From: Azolla caroliniana
Taxonomy: Eukaryota; Plantae; Polypodiophyta
DNA: 61,534 bases
Assembly: GCA_043228905.1 (NCBI GenBank)
Contig: JBHGNT010000171.1
Coordinates: 1-61,534 of the forward strand
Direction: 5' to 3'
This document shows positions 49,011-61,534 of this stretch, one piece after another. How positions within the stretch are numbered: position 1 is the stretch's first letter; each line of letters begins with the position of its first letter. A program made the position numbers and the translations under genes. The notes under the pieces were generated by a model. It ran no database searches and was not told the DNA's origin. It worked only from the letters and a program-made list of their open reading frames with translations.

Positions 49011-50592
49011 TGTTACCGGCCGGCAAGGAGTCCAAAATACGGAGTGAAGGAATTAATTAAGTGTGGTTGTAAATAGGAATAGTGTGGACGGACGGACTGG
49101 AAACGATATGCCGTTCCAGATCCGGACGGATCCCGAATAGGTGCGATGGGCACCGTTTTGTACTACGGGCCGGAAACCTATTTAAAGGCCCGGACCCCAT
49201 TGTAATCGCAGCGGATAATTAATAGAGCATATGGTGGTTATACTTCTGTGTTGATTTCCGTTCTGTAATCACTGTTATATCTTACGCGTGTAATTAACCA
49301 AAGCACTCTAATCGTGTAACCTACGTAAGTCGGTGTAATCGTTGAATCTTAATCCTATGCCGTAATCACCCTTTGGTGAAGTGTCTCCGTGACACCTTGT
49401 GTTAGGCCTTGTCCGGTCAGAGAATAACATACATTACTTGTTAGGCATCGAAGTAATTCAAACACCAGTCGGGATAACGATCTCACAACGACACTACGTC
49501 TTCAACTTACTCTACAAGTTCGGGATGACGGAGTGCAAACTTGTGTCCACCCCGCTGGACCGTAATCTCAAGCTTGATGTTGATTCTGACACCGCCGAGT
49601 GCGAGCCAACTCAGTATCGCCAATTGATCGGCAACCTCATCTACCTAACCATTACGTGACCCGAGCTCAGCTATTCGGTCGGCCTACTCAGCCAATTCAT
49701 GCAGAATCCGCGAAACCTTCATCTTGACTGCGCTAAGAGGGTACTTCAGTATGCCGGTGGTACGATGGATTACAACGTCAAATACAGGTCAAATACAATA
49801 ATTTGACATGAAGGGTACACAGATGCGGATTGGGCAGGTTATAAAGCGGATATACGGTCAACATCAGGATTCGTTTTCTCCCTCGGCAACAGAGCAATCT
49901 CATGGAGAAGCAAGAAGCAACCGATAGTCACACTGTCGAGCTTGGAGGCCGAATACAGGGGCACGGTGGTCGCCGCATGCGAAGTTATATGCCTCAAGCG
50001 TATACTGAAGGATCTGGGTGTACCCATCAAGGATCCGATTCGTCTATACAACGACAACATGAGTAGTATCTACCTGGCGCGGAAGCCCGTATTCCATGCG
50101 CGGACTAAGCATGTCGAAGTGCACTCCCACTTCATCCACGAGCGCGTACAGGCCGGAGATATCGATTTACAACATATCTGTACGCACCTCCAAGTTGCTA
50201 ACATTTTCACAAAAGCCCTTGGTATCGACAAGCTATGACAGTTCACGTCGAACCTTGGCTTATCTCTTCCCCACCAATCGAGCTTGAGGGGGAGTACAGA
50301 ACAGTGAAGCCGAACAAGGAGTACGCAACTGAAAAGACAAACAATCGAAGTTCGAAGTGTTCCGAAGACCGATCCGAAACAATGTTTTGATATCCGGAAG
50401 TTGTGTTCGAAGGAGCGTGTTGAGAATCGAACTCAACTTCCCATAGAAATAGGTTTCACACTAGGTCATGGACATACCATGCTAGTTTTGTAAATAGTTG
50501 AAAGGGCCCTTGCCCTAGTTTAGTTGGTATTTAAACCAACCCTTTGTAACCTTGTTACTGTTGGAAGTACTATACAGTTTTCTTGTTAAGAG

Positions 50593-50653
<61 letters not shown>

Positions 50654-50700
50654 TCTTTGTTTGTTGTACACACACACACACTCAATTATCTTCCGTTACA

Positions 50701-53379
50701 TTACACCACAAGCTCCATTTCTTTACAGAATTGATGGAGTATGCCAAACTTTCCGTGTACAGCCATCTACAAATGTGATGAAGTACCAGGAGCCTCTTAG
50801 TGATCGCTCTGGCATGGGCCCACATATTTCTGTGTGCACGAGCTCTAGGGGATGTCGTGTCGTCTCGTAGTGGAGAGAGTATGGACTTCGGGTTTGTTTC
50901 CGATATTGACAATGCTCGTAGAAGTCCGTCTTTGCCTAGAGTTTCGGGATGTAACCGATTGACATCAGCCGATCAAGTCCGGTTTGAGACATGTGGCCTA
51001 GTTGGCCCTGCCATAGGTTCGGGTCGGTTTTCTCGGCTACGTTCACGGCCCCTTCAAGGTTGATCGCCATCAATGAGTATAGATTATTATACTTGTGCCT
51101 ACTACCGATTTTGAGGTTTCCTTTGCTGATCACCCATGTCGACTCATGTAGAGTCGTTCGATACCCGTCTTCGGCTAACATGCCGATGGAGACCAGACTC
51201 CTCTTTAGATCGGGTATGTGCCGAACTCAATGCAGGGTTATTGTGTTGCCATTTGCCAATCTGATGGGAACCTCCCTGGTTCTGACTATCTTGCACTCCT
51301 ACCGGTTTCTCAGTCAAACTGTGCCACTGGCGTTGGCTGAATAGTTCGAGAACCATTCAATGTTGGGGGTCACGTGAAATGTGGCACCAGAGTCTAGTAG
51401 CCACGTGTGTGCAACTTGTGCACTGTAGAGGAATTGTCCGATCATTGAGTCCTCTAAGGAGAGGATTTCTCCAGATCGGGTGTCGGCAACGTTGATCTGG
51501 TTTCCGACTAGAGAGTGGTCCGAGTTGGAACGTGCCCGATTCCACTTGGATCGTTGACCGCTCTCTTTTCTTTTCAATGCCAGCAGTCGGGAACATTGTG
51601 GCCAGCTTTCCTGCAGTGTGTGCAATACTCGCTTGATTTGTCCGTTTTCGACTTCGACTGTTGTTGGTCACTCCTTGTTTTCGATCTGCTATAGCGTTGA
51701 CCAATTTTGTCGGCTTGTTCTTTCGTTCGACTCAGTCGAGTGATGGGCTTCTGCCGATGCATCGATGGTTAGTCCCATCGATTTTCGCATGATGTCCTCT
51801 ATGAGGACTTGGCCGGTTGTTTCGTCCAAGTTTAGGATCGGTCGGCTATTGGCGTATGTCATGCAGAATACCTCCCAACTCGCCAGCAGGCTCGATAGGA
51901 GGGCAAGGGCTTTCACTTCTTCTTCGAAGTTGATCCCTTGTGATAAGAGCTCAGAAAACACCCGGCTGAAGGTGTTGATGTGGGAGGTTGCCGGATCGGT
52001 CTCTCTCATCTTCATGTTGAACAATTGTTTGATCAAAATCAGTTTCGAAGATGAGGAATTCTTTTCATAAATTTCTTGTAGCTTCTCCCATAATGAGAAC
52101 ATTGTCGTCTCTTTTGCCATGCTAAAATAGACATTTTCGGCTAGATGCATTCGGATGGTGGAGCGTGCGATTTCATCCGTTGATCTCCACTCCTCGGTGT
52201 TAGGAAACAGGTCCCTCCGAATGGTGAAGACCCGGTGAGAACCGGATAAAGAGTACCCGGCTACGGAGAGCCGGATGGTGCAGAGCCGGTGAGAACCGGA
52301 TGAGGAGTACCCGGAAACGGAAGACCCGGTGAGAACCGGATGACGAGTACCCGGCAAGCGCCGGATGATGCAGGCCCTATGAGGAGTGCTCGCCGGATGA
52401 AGAGACATATTCGTAAATATGTTTCTGAGAGTCCATCGTGGCTATATTAGTAAATAGCCGAAAAGTCATATTAGTATAAATATGACTTAGGGCAAACTTT
52501 AGTTAATGAGTGTTGTTGTCATTCTTGTTGGCGCAAGATTAGTGCGTGCAACTATGTACAGAGAGAGTGAGAGAGAGGAAGAGGTCGTTGCCGCTGATTG
52601 TAACCGCCGCCTATGGCGAAGATAGCAAGCTTGAGGTCGTGGCCTCGGTGCTTTCTTATTGTACATTCTGACATAGTGATAGTTTGCGGTCTGTGGGTTG
52701 CCGTGGTTTATCCCGAGTTTGGGTTTTCCACGTAAACATCCTGTGTACTCTTCTCTTCACTGTGTCGTGCATTCATTCCCCGTTTTCTGTGTTTTATTCT
52801 AGACTCGGTTGTGGCCGAGCGTTGTTCATCGGGAGCGTGTAGTTCCTGTCACTCGGTTGTCATTGAAGCAGGTTTTTCGCTGTGTCGAATGGCTTCGATC
52901 TATCTTCGAATGATCAGCACATCCTGCATCATCTCCTTCCACAGGGCAAAGTTTTTGCCATCGAATTTTCTGATTTCAACTCCTATTCTGGATGTTGAAG
53001 CCATATTTTGTTTGTGAACTTGAGATTTCTGACCTGGTCTTTTCTTTCAGCTTCTTCTATTTGTCTGTTGCCAACGACTAGCAAAGATTCGCTCCGATAC
53101 CAGTTGTTGGTAACGAGTGCAGTTAGCGGAAACGTGTGTGGATCTGTTGTCGGTTCTTAACAGCAAACAACGTAGACAGAAAAATAGAATGGGCGTGGAC
53201 GTACATAGTGCAAGCTCTAATGGAAAGCTTTATTGCTTCGTTCTCCCTCTCCCACTGTGAGAAATCACTCGTTAGTCTATACAATGTTAAGAATTCACTT
53301 ATATACTAAACCTTAACTTATTGATGAGTTCACACTCAGACGGATACAACTTGGAAGGAATCGTTCGTTTATGCCAACA
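50701..53379 (-). mobile_element. Ty1/copia E, 5' half (LTR 53105-53379, PBS, gag, PR, start of INT)
   Basis: LTR TGTTGG...CCAACA. PBS TGGTATCGGAGC at 53091-53102. KFDGKNFALWK, CTHCRKAGHNVPDC, WLLDSGATFH. Confidence 0.9.
52198..52851 (+). mobile_element. Solo LTR related to the copia-C LTR, inserted in copia-E gag
   Basis: TG...CA ends, TSD CTCGG, similar to the reverse complement of 19133-19644. Gag reads SMTTE|EWRST across it. Confidence 0.88.
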
Positions 53380-55080
53380 AGCACTACCTGATCGAGTCAG
53401 AAATGATAATTGAAACGGATTGCCTCCCAATCCTTGGGATGATCTCAAGATGTGCGACACCAAATCTGACTATGCTAAGGTGGATCACTTATATAAATCT
53501 TTGAACCCAGAGATACACCACATTGCAGGAAAGAACAACGCCATGGCCGACATGCAGTCAAGAGCAAGATTCGAGGATGAGAATAACATGGTTTCGGAAG
53601 ATGAAGACATCGCCTGCGACTTCTTCAAGACGGCCAGACTGTCGGTGGAAGACAAAAGCACGCCAACCCTCCACACCTTCAACGAGAACGAGTATGAAGG
53701 AGAGTGGTTACTGATCGACAAGTTCTTGAGAACAATGACGACGGATGCTTCGTGGACGAAGGAGGAGGCTCCATGAATCCGGAAGAAATCTTACCGGTAC
53801 TTTCTGAAGGGTGGATTCCTCTGGCGGCACTCAAAGAGAAGGACAAGGATGCCACGCCAAGTAGTGGTAAAGAGAGAGGACCAAGCAATGCTGATATCTA
53901 AATTCCACGAGAGTCCTTGGGCAACTCATAGAGGAACATGGGCGACATTTGAAAAGCTGAAGGAGAAGTATTGGTGACCAAGCATGTACAAAGATGTACT
54001 TTATTTCATGTCCACATGTGAAAACTGCCGAGTACATTCGAACATATGTCACCGTGATGAGTTGCGGCCAACATACCCACTCACCATACACTTCAAATGG
54101 ATGGTGGATCTAGTCTCGATGCCAATAGGAACGGGATAGATGAAGTACTTGGTACTGGCAAATAAGATGACGCTAGTTGTTTGCAAATTTCTACTCGAAG
54201 AGGTCGTCTACCGATATGGATGTGTAGGAAAGATAGTGGTCGATTGAGGGGAGCTAGATGCACACAAAGCAATGGAGCTCTTCGAGCAACTAGGCATGAA
54301 GCTCTCCCTCACAACTTCCTAAAACCGAAAGGGAATGGGAAGATTGAGCGAGGGCATGGGCCAATAGTCAAAACCATCGTATGCGCATGCGACGGTCGAG
54401 TCGGGAACTGGCCGTGTGTATTGCCCTATGCGTTGTGGGCCGACAGAACTACACACAGTTTTGTGATAGGCTATATGCCAGTAGAGCTCATGTATGGATA
54501 GAAGCCATTAAGGCCCATCAAGAGGACGATCGCCTCATGGGTAATGATACCATGGGAGAACGAGATGAGTCAAGAAAAATTACTAGCGATGCGGATAAGG
54601 TAGATGGAAAGAAGGCCCGAAGATCTAGAAAATGCGCAAAAGATAATGGAGGCAGCCCGAGTGAAGGCAAAGATTCGGTTCAACAAGACACATTGACTGC
54701 GCCCCAAGAAGATCGAAGAAGGAGATTGGGTATTGGTCTACGCCAACAGCCTTGACAACCAACACAGGACAACAAGAAAGTTCACAAGAAGGTGGTTTAG
54801 ACCATAGGTGGTGATGAGTGCCAATGACAATGCCACCTACCACCTCACGGAGCTAGACAAATCAAAGTTGGCCATACCCATTGCGGGGAAAAGAGTAAAA
54901 ATCTTCAACAAGACGAGGGTCTTGACCTCCATCACCTCAACGATGAAGATGGTAGGGCGGAACCCACAAACGTGTGTGAGGTCAAATTGGACGTGGAGGA
55001 ATCTGATTGATCACCGTAGCCGAAATCTCAGACTCTCTTCTTGGCACATACCAGAGGACATGCGGGTTGGTGGGGGTGGA
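53380..55080 (+). mobile_element. Gypsy family B late RH, integrase and PPT, degenerate
   Basis: IIETDCLPILG, HIAGKNNAMAD, KWMVDLV, YALWADRTTHS, GDWVLVY. PPT GGGGGTGGA at 55072-55080. Confidence 0.85.
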
Positions 55081-57933
55081 TGTCATGAAGATTTTCAGCA
55101 ACGGTGTGAAAATTGCGTGGAACGAACAAAATTAAGAAGGTGCAATATGCACACGTATGAAAGAGGTTATAGTTACACGCGTATGTTAGCATGTTGTAAA
55201 TATGAGAATCATAAAGGAAAGGCTAGATGTAAGGTTAAACATGTGCACATGTGATGTGCGTTTAGGTGCACATTACACAAAATATAAGAATAAGCCTAGG
55301 GCCTAGTGGCATTTTTGTGCATACAGAGGGGTGCAAGTAGGGTTTTGAACCTTGCACCTCCAAGATAGGAAACAATTGTTTCTTTAAAACCATATTTTCA
55401 TCATTATATTTTTCACATCTAAATTCTCATACATGAGAGATTGAATGAGTGACATGATTATCATGCATCGCATGTAGTGCATGAAGCGCCAAATGGATAT
55501 CATGCATCGCATGCATTCCATCCATTGTATGCATGTCTTGTACCCTCACATGCATCATATGCATGGGGGTATCTATATGAGAAAGAAAGAAAAAGAAAGG
55601 GGGGAATCAAGCAATGTATTGAATAAAAAAAACAACACAAAAGAAACCTAGTTATCTTATTGGTAATGTGTCTTGTCTCTCAAAATCGAAGTCAAGGGTT
55701 CAAACTTGGAATTGGAATTTTCGTCTCTCTCTATAGTAAATAATTTCTCACTTACGCTAGTAAAATATCAAGTCCTTCCGGTCCAGCACCCCAACGGTCC
55801 CTTTTCATTTCACGAACACACGAGGATATCCTGGACAACATCTTCCTCCATTTTTGCCAAAAACGTAAGCAAGCAATGACCATGTTGTCGCAGTGGTTGT
55901 AAACCTCATCCAACTACCCTCGTATGTAGTTGATAATCGTGAACCAAATATCCATGATCAATTCCTTTTGGGGGGGCGTACCAAATCTTGGAAAACCTTT
56001 AGGCAACGTTATTGTGATGTTTCTAACACAGTGTGAAACTACCCTCGAAAAGAAGCAAAATAGTAGTTTAGATAAACTAGTATTGTGAAGTCAACTTTAT
56101 TGGTAACAAAAATACTTTTTCATTTTGTCAAATATAATTCCTTATAAATAAAAGTTCAAAGGATTGAACATTACAATAAATAATGATGAATATTAAATTA
56201 GAGGCGGTTTTCAAAAGTAGAGAAAAGTAGAGAAAAAGATGGAGAGAAAAAAAAAAAGCACTCGTGGGTATGAGGATCACAGTAGAGAAAAAAGCTCATA
56301 CTTTCCTCGTCAGATGTCCAAATTAGAAAAGAAAAGATTCATAAGAAAGCTAACCCAAAGAGCTTTTCAAGAATATCTTGCATGTGAAATTTGGGGCTAG
56401 AAAACAGAAATAGTGAGGAAAAGAAAAGTCAACTCATATAGACAAGCTTTTTTTTTAGGGTAAAAAGGCAAGCAATCCTAAACCTATAAATAAGAGCCTA
56501 TTCTAGTGAATAAAGGGGGAAGGGGGAAGGAACGCAGAAGCTCTACTCAATTGGAAGGAAAAGAAGAAGGATCAACAACATCAAGAGGCATCATCAACAA
56601 AGAATCACCTTCTTCTATATTCCACTCTCATCTTTCCTCCACCTCTCTTCCCCCTTCCTTTCTTAATTATCTCTCATATTCATATCAAACCCGTTGTAGA
56701 ATTGATTCTTATTTTATAAAAGAATCTATTATATTGTAATAAACTAATGTTTGGTTTCACCTACGTGTCTTATATGTTATTGTCATTTGTGCTTATTTGT
56801 TTGTGTGTCTTATGACAAGGGAGCGTTTCGGGCTTGCCCATGCACCTCTCCGTTCACAAAGGCATTCAAACTTACGTATCTTATATGTTATCATCATTTG
56901 TGCTTTTCTGTTTGTGTGTCTTGTGACAATGGAGTGTTTCACGCTTGTCCATGCACCTCTCCTTTCACAAAGGCATTCAAACTTACGTGTCTTATATGTT
57001 ATTGTCATTTGTGCTTATTTGTTTGTGTGTCTTGTGACAAGGGAGTGTTTCGGGCTTGCCCATGCACCTCTCCTTTCACAAAGGCATTCAAATTTACGTG
57101 TCTTATATGTTATTGTCATTTGTGCTTATTTATTTGTGTGTCTTGTGACAAGGGAGCATTTTGGGCTTGCCCATGCACCTCTCCTTTCACAAAGGCATTC
57201 AAATTTACGTGTCTTATATGTTATTGTCATTTGTACTTATTTGTTAGTGTGTCTTGTGACAAGGGAGCGCTTCGGACTTGTCCATGCACCTCTCCTTTCA
57301 CAAAGGCATTCGAAATGGTGTGTCTTATATGTTATTGTCATTTGTGCTTATTTGTTTGTGTGTCTTGTGACAAGGGAGCACTTCGGACTTGCCCATGCAC
57401 CTCTCCTTTCACAAAGGCATTCGAAATTGTGTCTCCCGTGTCTAAACCTTGCTTCTGTCTCCGTGTGTCTTGTAACAAGAGAGCGTTCGGGCTTTGCCCA
57501 TGCACCTCTCTTTTCACAATGGCATTCGAAACTTTGTCTCTCGTGTGTGTAAGTAAGCCTCTTCCTTGTGTGTCCATGTGTAAGCCTTTCTCACGTGCAT
57601 TAGTTCGCCTTGTGACTAGGGGTTGATTCGGGCTTGCCCATTCACCTCTCCTTTTCACAAACACGTTCGAAACTTTGTCTCTCGTGTGTGTAAGTAAGCC
57701 TTTTCCTTGTGTGTCCGTGTGTAAGCCTTTCTCACGTGCATTCGTTCGCCTTGTGACTAGGGGTTGATTCGGGCTTGCCCATGCACCTCTCCTTTTCACA
57801 AACGCGTTTGAATACTCGTGCCTTGTTTTTGTAAAACTTCCTTGTGTTGTGCGTGTGAGCCCTATTTCCTTCCCATCCATAACCCCGGCGGTTCCGCTTC
57901 ACGATCCGCACATAGTGACAGATTTTCACGACA
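55081..57933 (+). repeat. About 2.85-kb family-B LTR
   Basis: TGTCATGAA...TTCACGACA inverted ends, preceded by a PPT and followed by a PBS. Confidence 0.8.
56763..57810 (+). repeat. 111-bp tandem repeat (6 copies) followed by variant units, within the LTR
   Basis: 37-aa periodicity in the overlapping ORFs; core GGGCTTGCCCATGCACCTCTCCTTTCACAAAGGCATTC. Confidence 0.92.
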
Positions 57934-57941
57934 TAATAAAG

Positions 57942-57959
57942 TGGTGAACCCGACGTGAA
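57942..57959 (+). promoter_or_regulatory. Primer-binding site complementary to tRNA-Trp
   Basis: TGGTGAACCCGACGTGAA matches the plant tRNA-Trp 3' end as recalled; 8 nt after the LTR. Confidence 0.8.
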
Positions 57960-58003
57960 GAGGTGGTAGGAAGGATCAAGTGCTTGAAATAGAAGGTTAG
58001 AAG

Positions 58004-58557
58004 ATGGCTTCTTCGACAAACACCCAAGTTGATGAAGTGGCGAAGTTGGTGGATATTGTCGAGCATATGATGAGAGCTCGAGATAGTGATGCAAGCTTAG
58101 ATAATTTGGTGGACGAAACATTACGAATTTTCTCGCTACATACAAGGCGGAGATGCAACAACGTGAAGTCATCGAAGAGAAGCAAATATCAAGCTTCAAG
58201 TCTGTCGTAGCAATTGGGTTACAAGGCCGTATAATGGAGATTCAAGCCGCCCAAACAACATGGGTGGGATTTGAAATGGCGCTTTTGGCTGAATATATGC
58301 TTGAAGATGCGTCGAGGATGAATCTTCATAAAGTGGATCGAGAAGAAGGGGAAGAACATGAACACATTGAGAGTGTACACCGAATTTGACCAATGTACAA
58401 CCGTCTCCCAAGAACCGACCAAACACTTCTCGAAGGAGATAAAGTTTTGTACTTCTTAAAGGCGGTGGATGCAAAAGATAGACGAGAACTAGGTAGTCTA
58501 TTAGAGGACAAAACACAACCCAATGGTCTCATAACGGATTGGGTTACGGTGTCAAGT
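58004..58557 (+). pseudogene. Family-B gag N-terminus, truncated by the gypsy-4 LTR
   Basis: ATG shortly after the PBS; frameshifted gag-like segments. Confidence 0.7.
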
Positions 58558-59102
58558 TGTTACGCTCTTCGCGTGTGGAAAGAGGCGGGACCGCAAGGGC
58601 CTTGAACCAAGGAGCGTGAGAAAGAAGAGAAGGAGAGAGAGAGCAGCTTGCAGGAACACAAAAGGAGAAATAGAGAGAGAACAAAGTCTTAATTACAAAA
58701 TCAATAACGATTACAACCGGCAAGCCAGCAACGGACCCAACTCAGGCGAACACACACACACACGATTCTCACGCACGCACACAGCTTGACTACACTGTGG
58801 AGCCTCTGCCGGAAGCACACGGGTTGTCCATGAAGCAGAGCTAACTCAGTCCAAAATCCTCCAGAGAATGACGAACGATGGAGGAGAGAGCTCGGTCCCA
58901 GTCCGACATCACTTCGTCCTCACTCCCCAAAACGCGATGCCTTCATCTGCCTTCTTCCTTCCCCTTTATAGGTTGTCGAGGCCGGCTGTTGCACCCTCGT
59001 TTTCATCAATTTATTCTCTGTCCTTTCGGATAGAGATACTCTTTGATTTCCTAGACATTCAATGTGTCACATCTAGTCTATTTACACCCACCGTCCTACT
59101 CC

Positions 59103-59137
59103 TAGGGTTTAGGGTTTAGGGTTTAGGGTTTAGGGTT
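59103..59137 (+). repeat. Interstitial plant telomeric repeat (TAGGGTT)5
   Basis: Read directly. Confidence 0.95.
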
Positions 59138-59539
59138 TTTTATTTTATTCTTCCGTTTGAATAAACGAGTTTACCGGCATATCTCCCAAATACGGTTTAA
59201 GCCGGAATCCATTTACCCATTTCGGTAAAACCTCTCCGGTTAATGATCCCAGCTGATACGTACCATTTTTACTATTAATTATCCATACTGGACCTGTCCA
59301 TCTATACCGGAGTTTCCCAGGCATAAGTCCCATTTTCGTCTAGAATACCAATACTGGTTTCCCAATTTCGAATTGCTCTTCCGATTTCCTTCGATGTCGA
59401 TTTACGAATGCCTTGATTTGTCTCTGCTTGTGTTCTAGTGCTGACATTGATTGAATCCGTTCTTCTTCTAATACTAATAAAGCCTCTTTGCGTATCTGCT
59501 CCGATTCTATTTCATTTAACTTATTCGTCGCTTGGATAC

Positions 59540-60179
59540 TGAAAAGAGAGAAGATGATAGAAAAGAGAGAGAAGGAAGATATAGAAATCCAAATCTACAA
59601 AGATATATTAATAAGGAGTGATGATCATAGAAACAAGAGAAAGAAGATACATAAACTCAAGCCTACAAGGATCAATTGATCACTAGAAAAACGCACTACA
59701 TGAATAGGCAAGAAAAACACCACAAGAAAAAAACTTCTCCTCACCACCTCACTCTTCTTGCTTTATATGAAGTTCTCCTCTAGTAGATAAGTTTCGTTTG
59801 CTTTCTTTTCCACGCTTTTTTTAGAGCTTTTCCATCTCCTATTCTTAGCTATGATACAACGATCTTCTAATCATCATATCTCCCTCATCCATGCTCCAAA
59901 TTTAGAGTTTTAAAAAGCTACGGATAGCTCTCGTCATAAGCTTTCTAACCCATATTTACACGTGATATTTGGGTGTCAAACGAGAGAGTTATGAGCATTT
60001 GTTTCTGACTGCGTTTTGGTGGTTTGCTTTTTCTCTTTTTAACTTTTCTCCATCTTTATTGCTTTTATTTGGACTTATCCACGAGATGTTAGTTCATGTC
60101 CTTATCCTCCAAATGTGAATCCTCCATACCTTATATTCTTTTAGTGTCCAATGGCTTGAATTCTAAAAACAGTTTCACA
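59540..60179. mobile_element. Solo LTR (640 bp) inserted in the gypsy-4 integrase
   Basis: TG...CA ends, TSD GATAC (59535-59539, 60180-60184). INT reads through when it is removed. Confidence 0.88.
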
Positions 60180-61534
60180 GATACGAAGTGTCGGAATTTG
60201 AAATTCGATCGGCATAACAGCTTCAAGTCCGAATGCCATTCGGAAAGGTGTTGATTTAATGGATGTTTTGTACGAAGTACGATATGCCCATAATGCACTA
60301 TTTAACTTTTGATCCCAATCAGTACGATTTTCATTCACTATCTTCTTTAAAATTGTTTGAATTGTTTTATTTGTCGATTCTGCCAATCCATTAGCTTGGG
60401 GATAGTAAGGTGTACTTTTCTTATGAACTACGGCATAATAATTAGTTAATTCGTGAATTAACTTGTTAATAAAATGAGTGCCTTGATCGCTTACCAATTC
60501 TATTGGGCAACCGAATCGACGCCATATATTTTCATACAGGAATTTTGCTGTGGATGCTGCTGTATTGTCTCTGAGAGCTTTTGCTTCAACCCATTTTGTG
60601 CAATAGTCAGTCGCAATTATGATATATCGATTACCGGTTCTTGCAGCTGCTGGTTTGAATGGGCCAACAAAACCTAAGCCCCATTTCTGAAATGGCTCAA
60701 GAGGTAAAACCGGTTGAAAAGGCATTCGATCCTTTTCGGTCGGTTGCCCCATTCTTTGACACAAATCACATTTCTTACAGTATTCGTTAGCATCTTTCAT
60801 CACCGTTGGCCACCATAACCCGCTATTCCATATTTTTCTGGTTGTTGCTTCTGCTGCGTAATGACCGCCAGCAATTCCACAATGTGACTCTGTTAATATG
60901 GCTAATTTTTCAAATTTCCGTACTGCCCTTCGCCATATTCCATCCGCTCCTTTATGATACAACATGTCATTAAATAAACAAAAATTTCAACTTCGTACTG
61001 CAATTCTTTTTCTTTCATCTGTCGACATGTGTTCGGCCGGAATTCCTGTTGATAGAAATATCGTCATTTCGGAAATCCATTCATCCTCTTTTTCCTCATT
61101 CATTTCTTGTGCTTTTACTGCCTCAACCCGAAATAATTGAGTATCTGGAAAATCATCTTTAACACCAACCGCTTCTTCTCCAGATTCAAGCCGACTGAGA
61201 TAGTCAGCAATCGCGTGCTGTGCTCCTGGTCGATGTATAATGTCGAATTCAAACTCTTGAAGCAATAACGTCCATCTGGCTAACTTGCCTGTCAATTCTT
61301 GTTTGGAAACTAGATACAGTAGAGCCGAATGATCCACATGAAATGGAAATTTCTTACCCAAAAGGTAATGTCGAAATTTGTTCACACTATATATCATTCC
61401 CAAAGCTTCTCTTTCGGTTGTTGAATAGTTTCTTTCGGCCGACGAAAGTTTCCTACTGGCATAGTATACCGGCCTATACCAGTTTGGTTCGGATAATTGC
61501 ATTAAAGCACTGCCTATGGCAATGTCCGACGCAT

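Larger units (their letters stand above)
39702..49429 (+). mobile_element. Full-length Ty3/gypsy element gypsy-2 (same lineage as gypsy-1)
   Basis: 419-bp LTRs 39702-40120 and 49011-49429 with about 3 differences. TSD TACAT. PBS at 40127. Confidence 0.98.
39404..50700 (+). mobile_element. Ty1/copia D (same family as A), 5'-truncated, split by gypsy-2; 3' LTR at about 50418-50700
   Basis: YMIQPPG, LYGLKQAPR, YVDD, then MKDLHELH|YLLGIEV across the insertion, and RH KHVEVHSHF. The LTR carries a (TC)n tract. Confidence 0.9.
58558..61534 (-). mobile_element. Gypsy-4: AT-rich relative of gypsy-1/2 (RH, INT, 3' LTR at about 58558-59086); runs off the window
   Basis: [29 protein letters not shown] and KLRYRWTGP are close to gypsy-2. 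Purine-rich GGAGTAGGACGGTGGG precedes the inferred LTR start. Confidence 0.9.

Noticed and set aside
55295-55970. A-box and B-box-like fragments in the family-B LTR
   Set aside because: Too degenerate and scattered to define tRNA-like units by eye.
56751-57626. 291-aa Cys-rich repeat ORF resembling a metallothionein or zinc finger
   Set aside because: It comes from a 111-bp repeat (a multiple of 3) inside an LTR, more than one frame is open, and nothing indicates coding selection.

Overview
The window is a gene-free, deeply nested transposon cluster from a land plant. TTTAGGG repeats and the element types suggest a non-seed plant such as a fern (inference). It holds an L1-type LINE, two full-length Ty3/gypsy elements of one lineage (88-9921 and 39702-49429) with TSDs, near-identical LTRs and a large extra coiled-coil ORF, plus two more gypsy pieces. 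It also holds a second gypsy family with a ~2.85-kb LTR and a tRNA-Trp PBS, five Ty1/copia insertions (one nearly intact), two solo LTRs, a SINE with two convergent tRNA-like units, and two Sola-like DNA transposons. The main observation: three gypsy-type 3' ends with dissimilar LTRs (about 9490-9531, 20732-20773 and 48969-49010) have no polypurine tract. In its place is a conserved copy of a tRNA 3' end ending in CCA, exactly 2 nt before the 3' LTR and split by a 13-nt hairpin. On the minus strand this reads as a second, inward-facing primer-binding site, so these elements may prime both DNA strands with tRNAs. tRNA identities and TE family assignments are from memory and need database confirmation.
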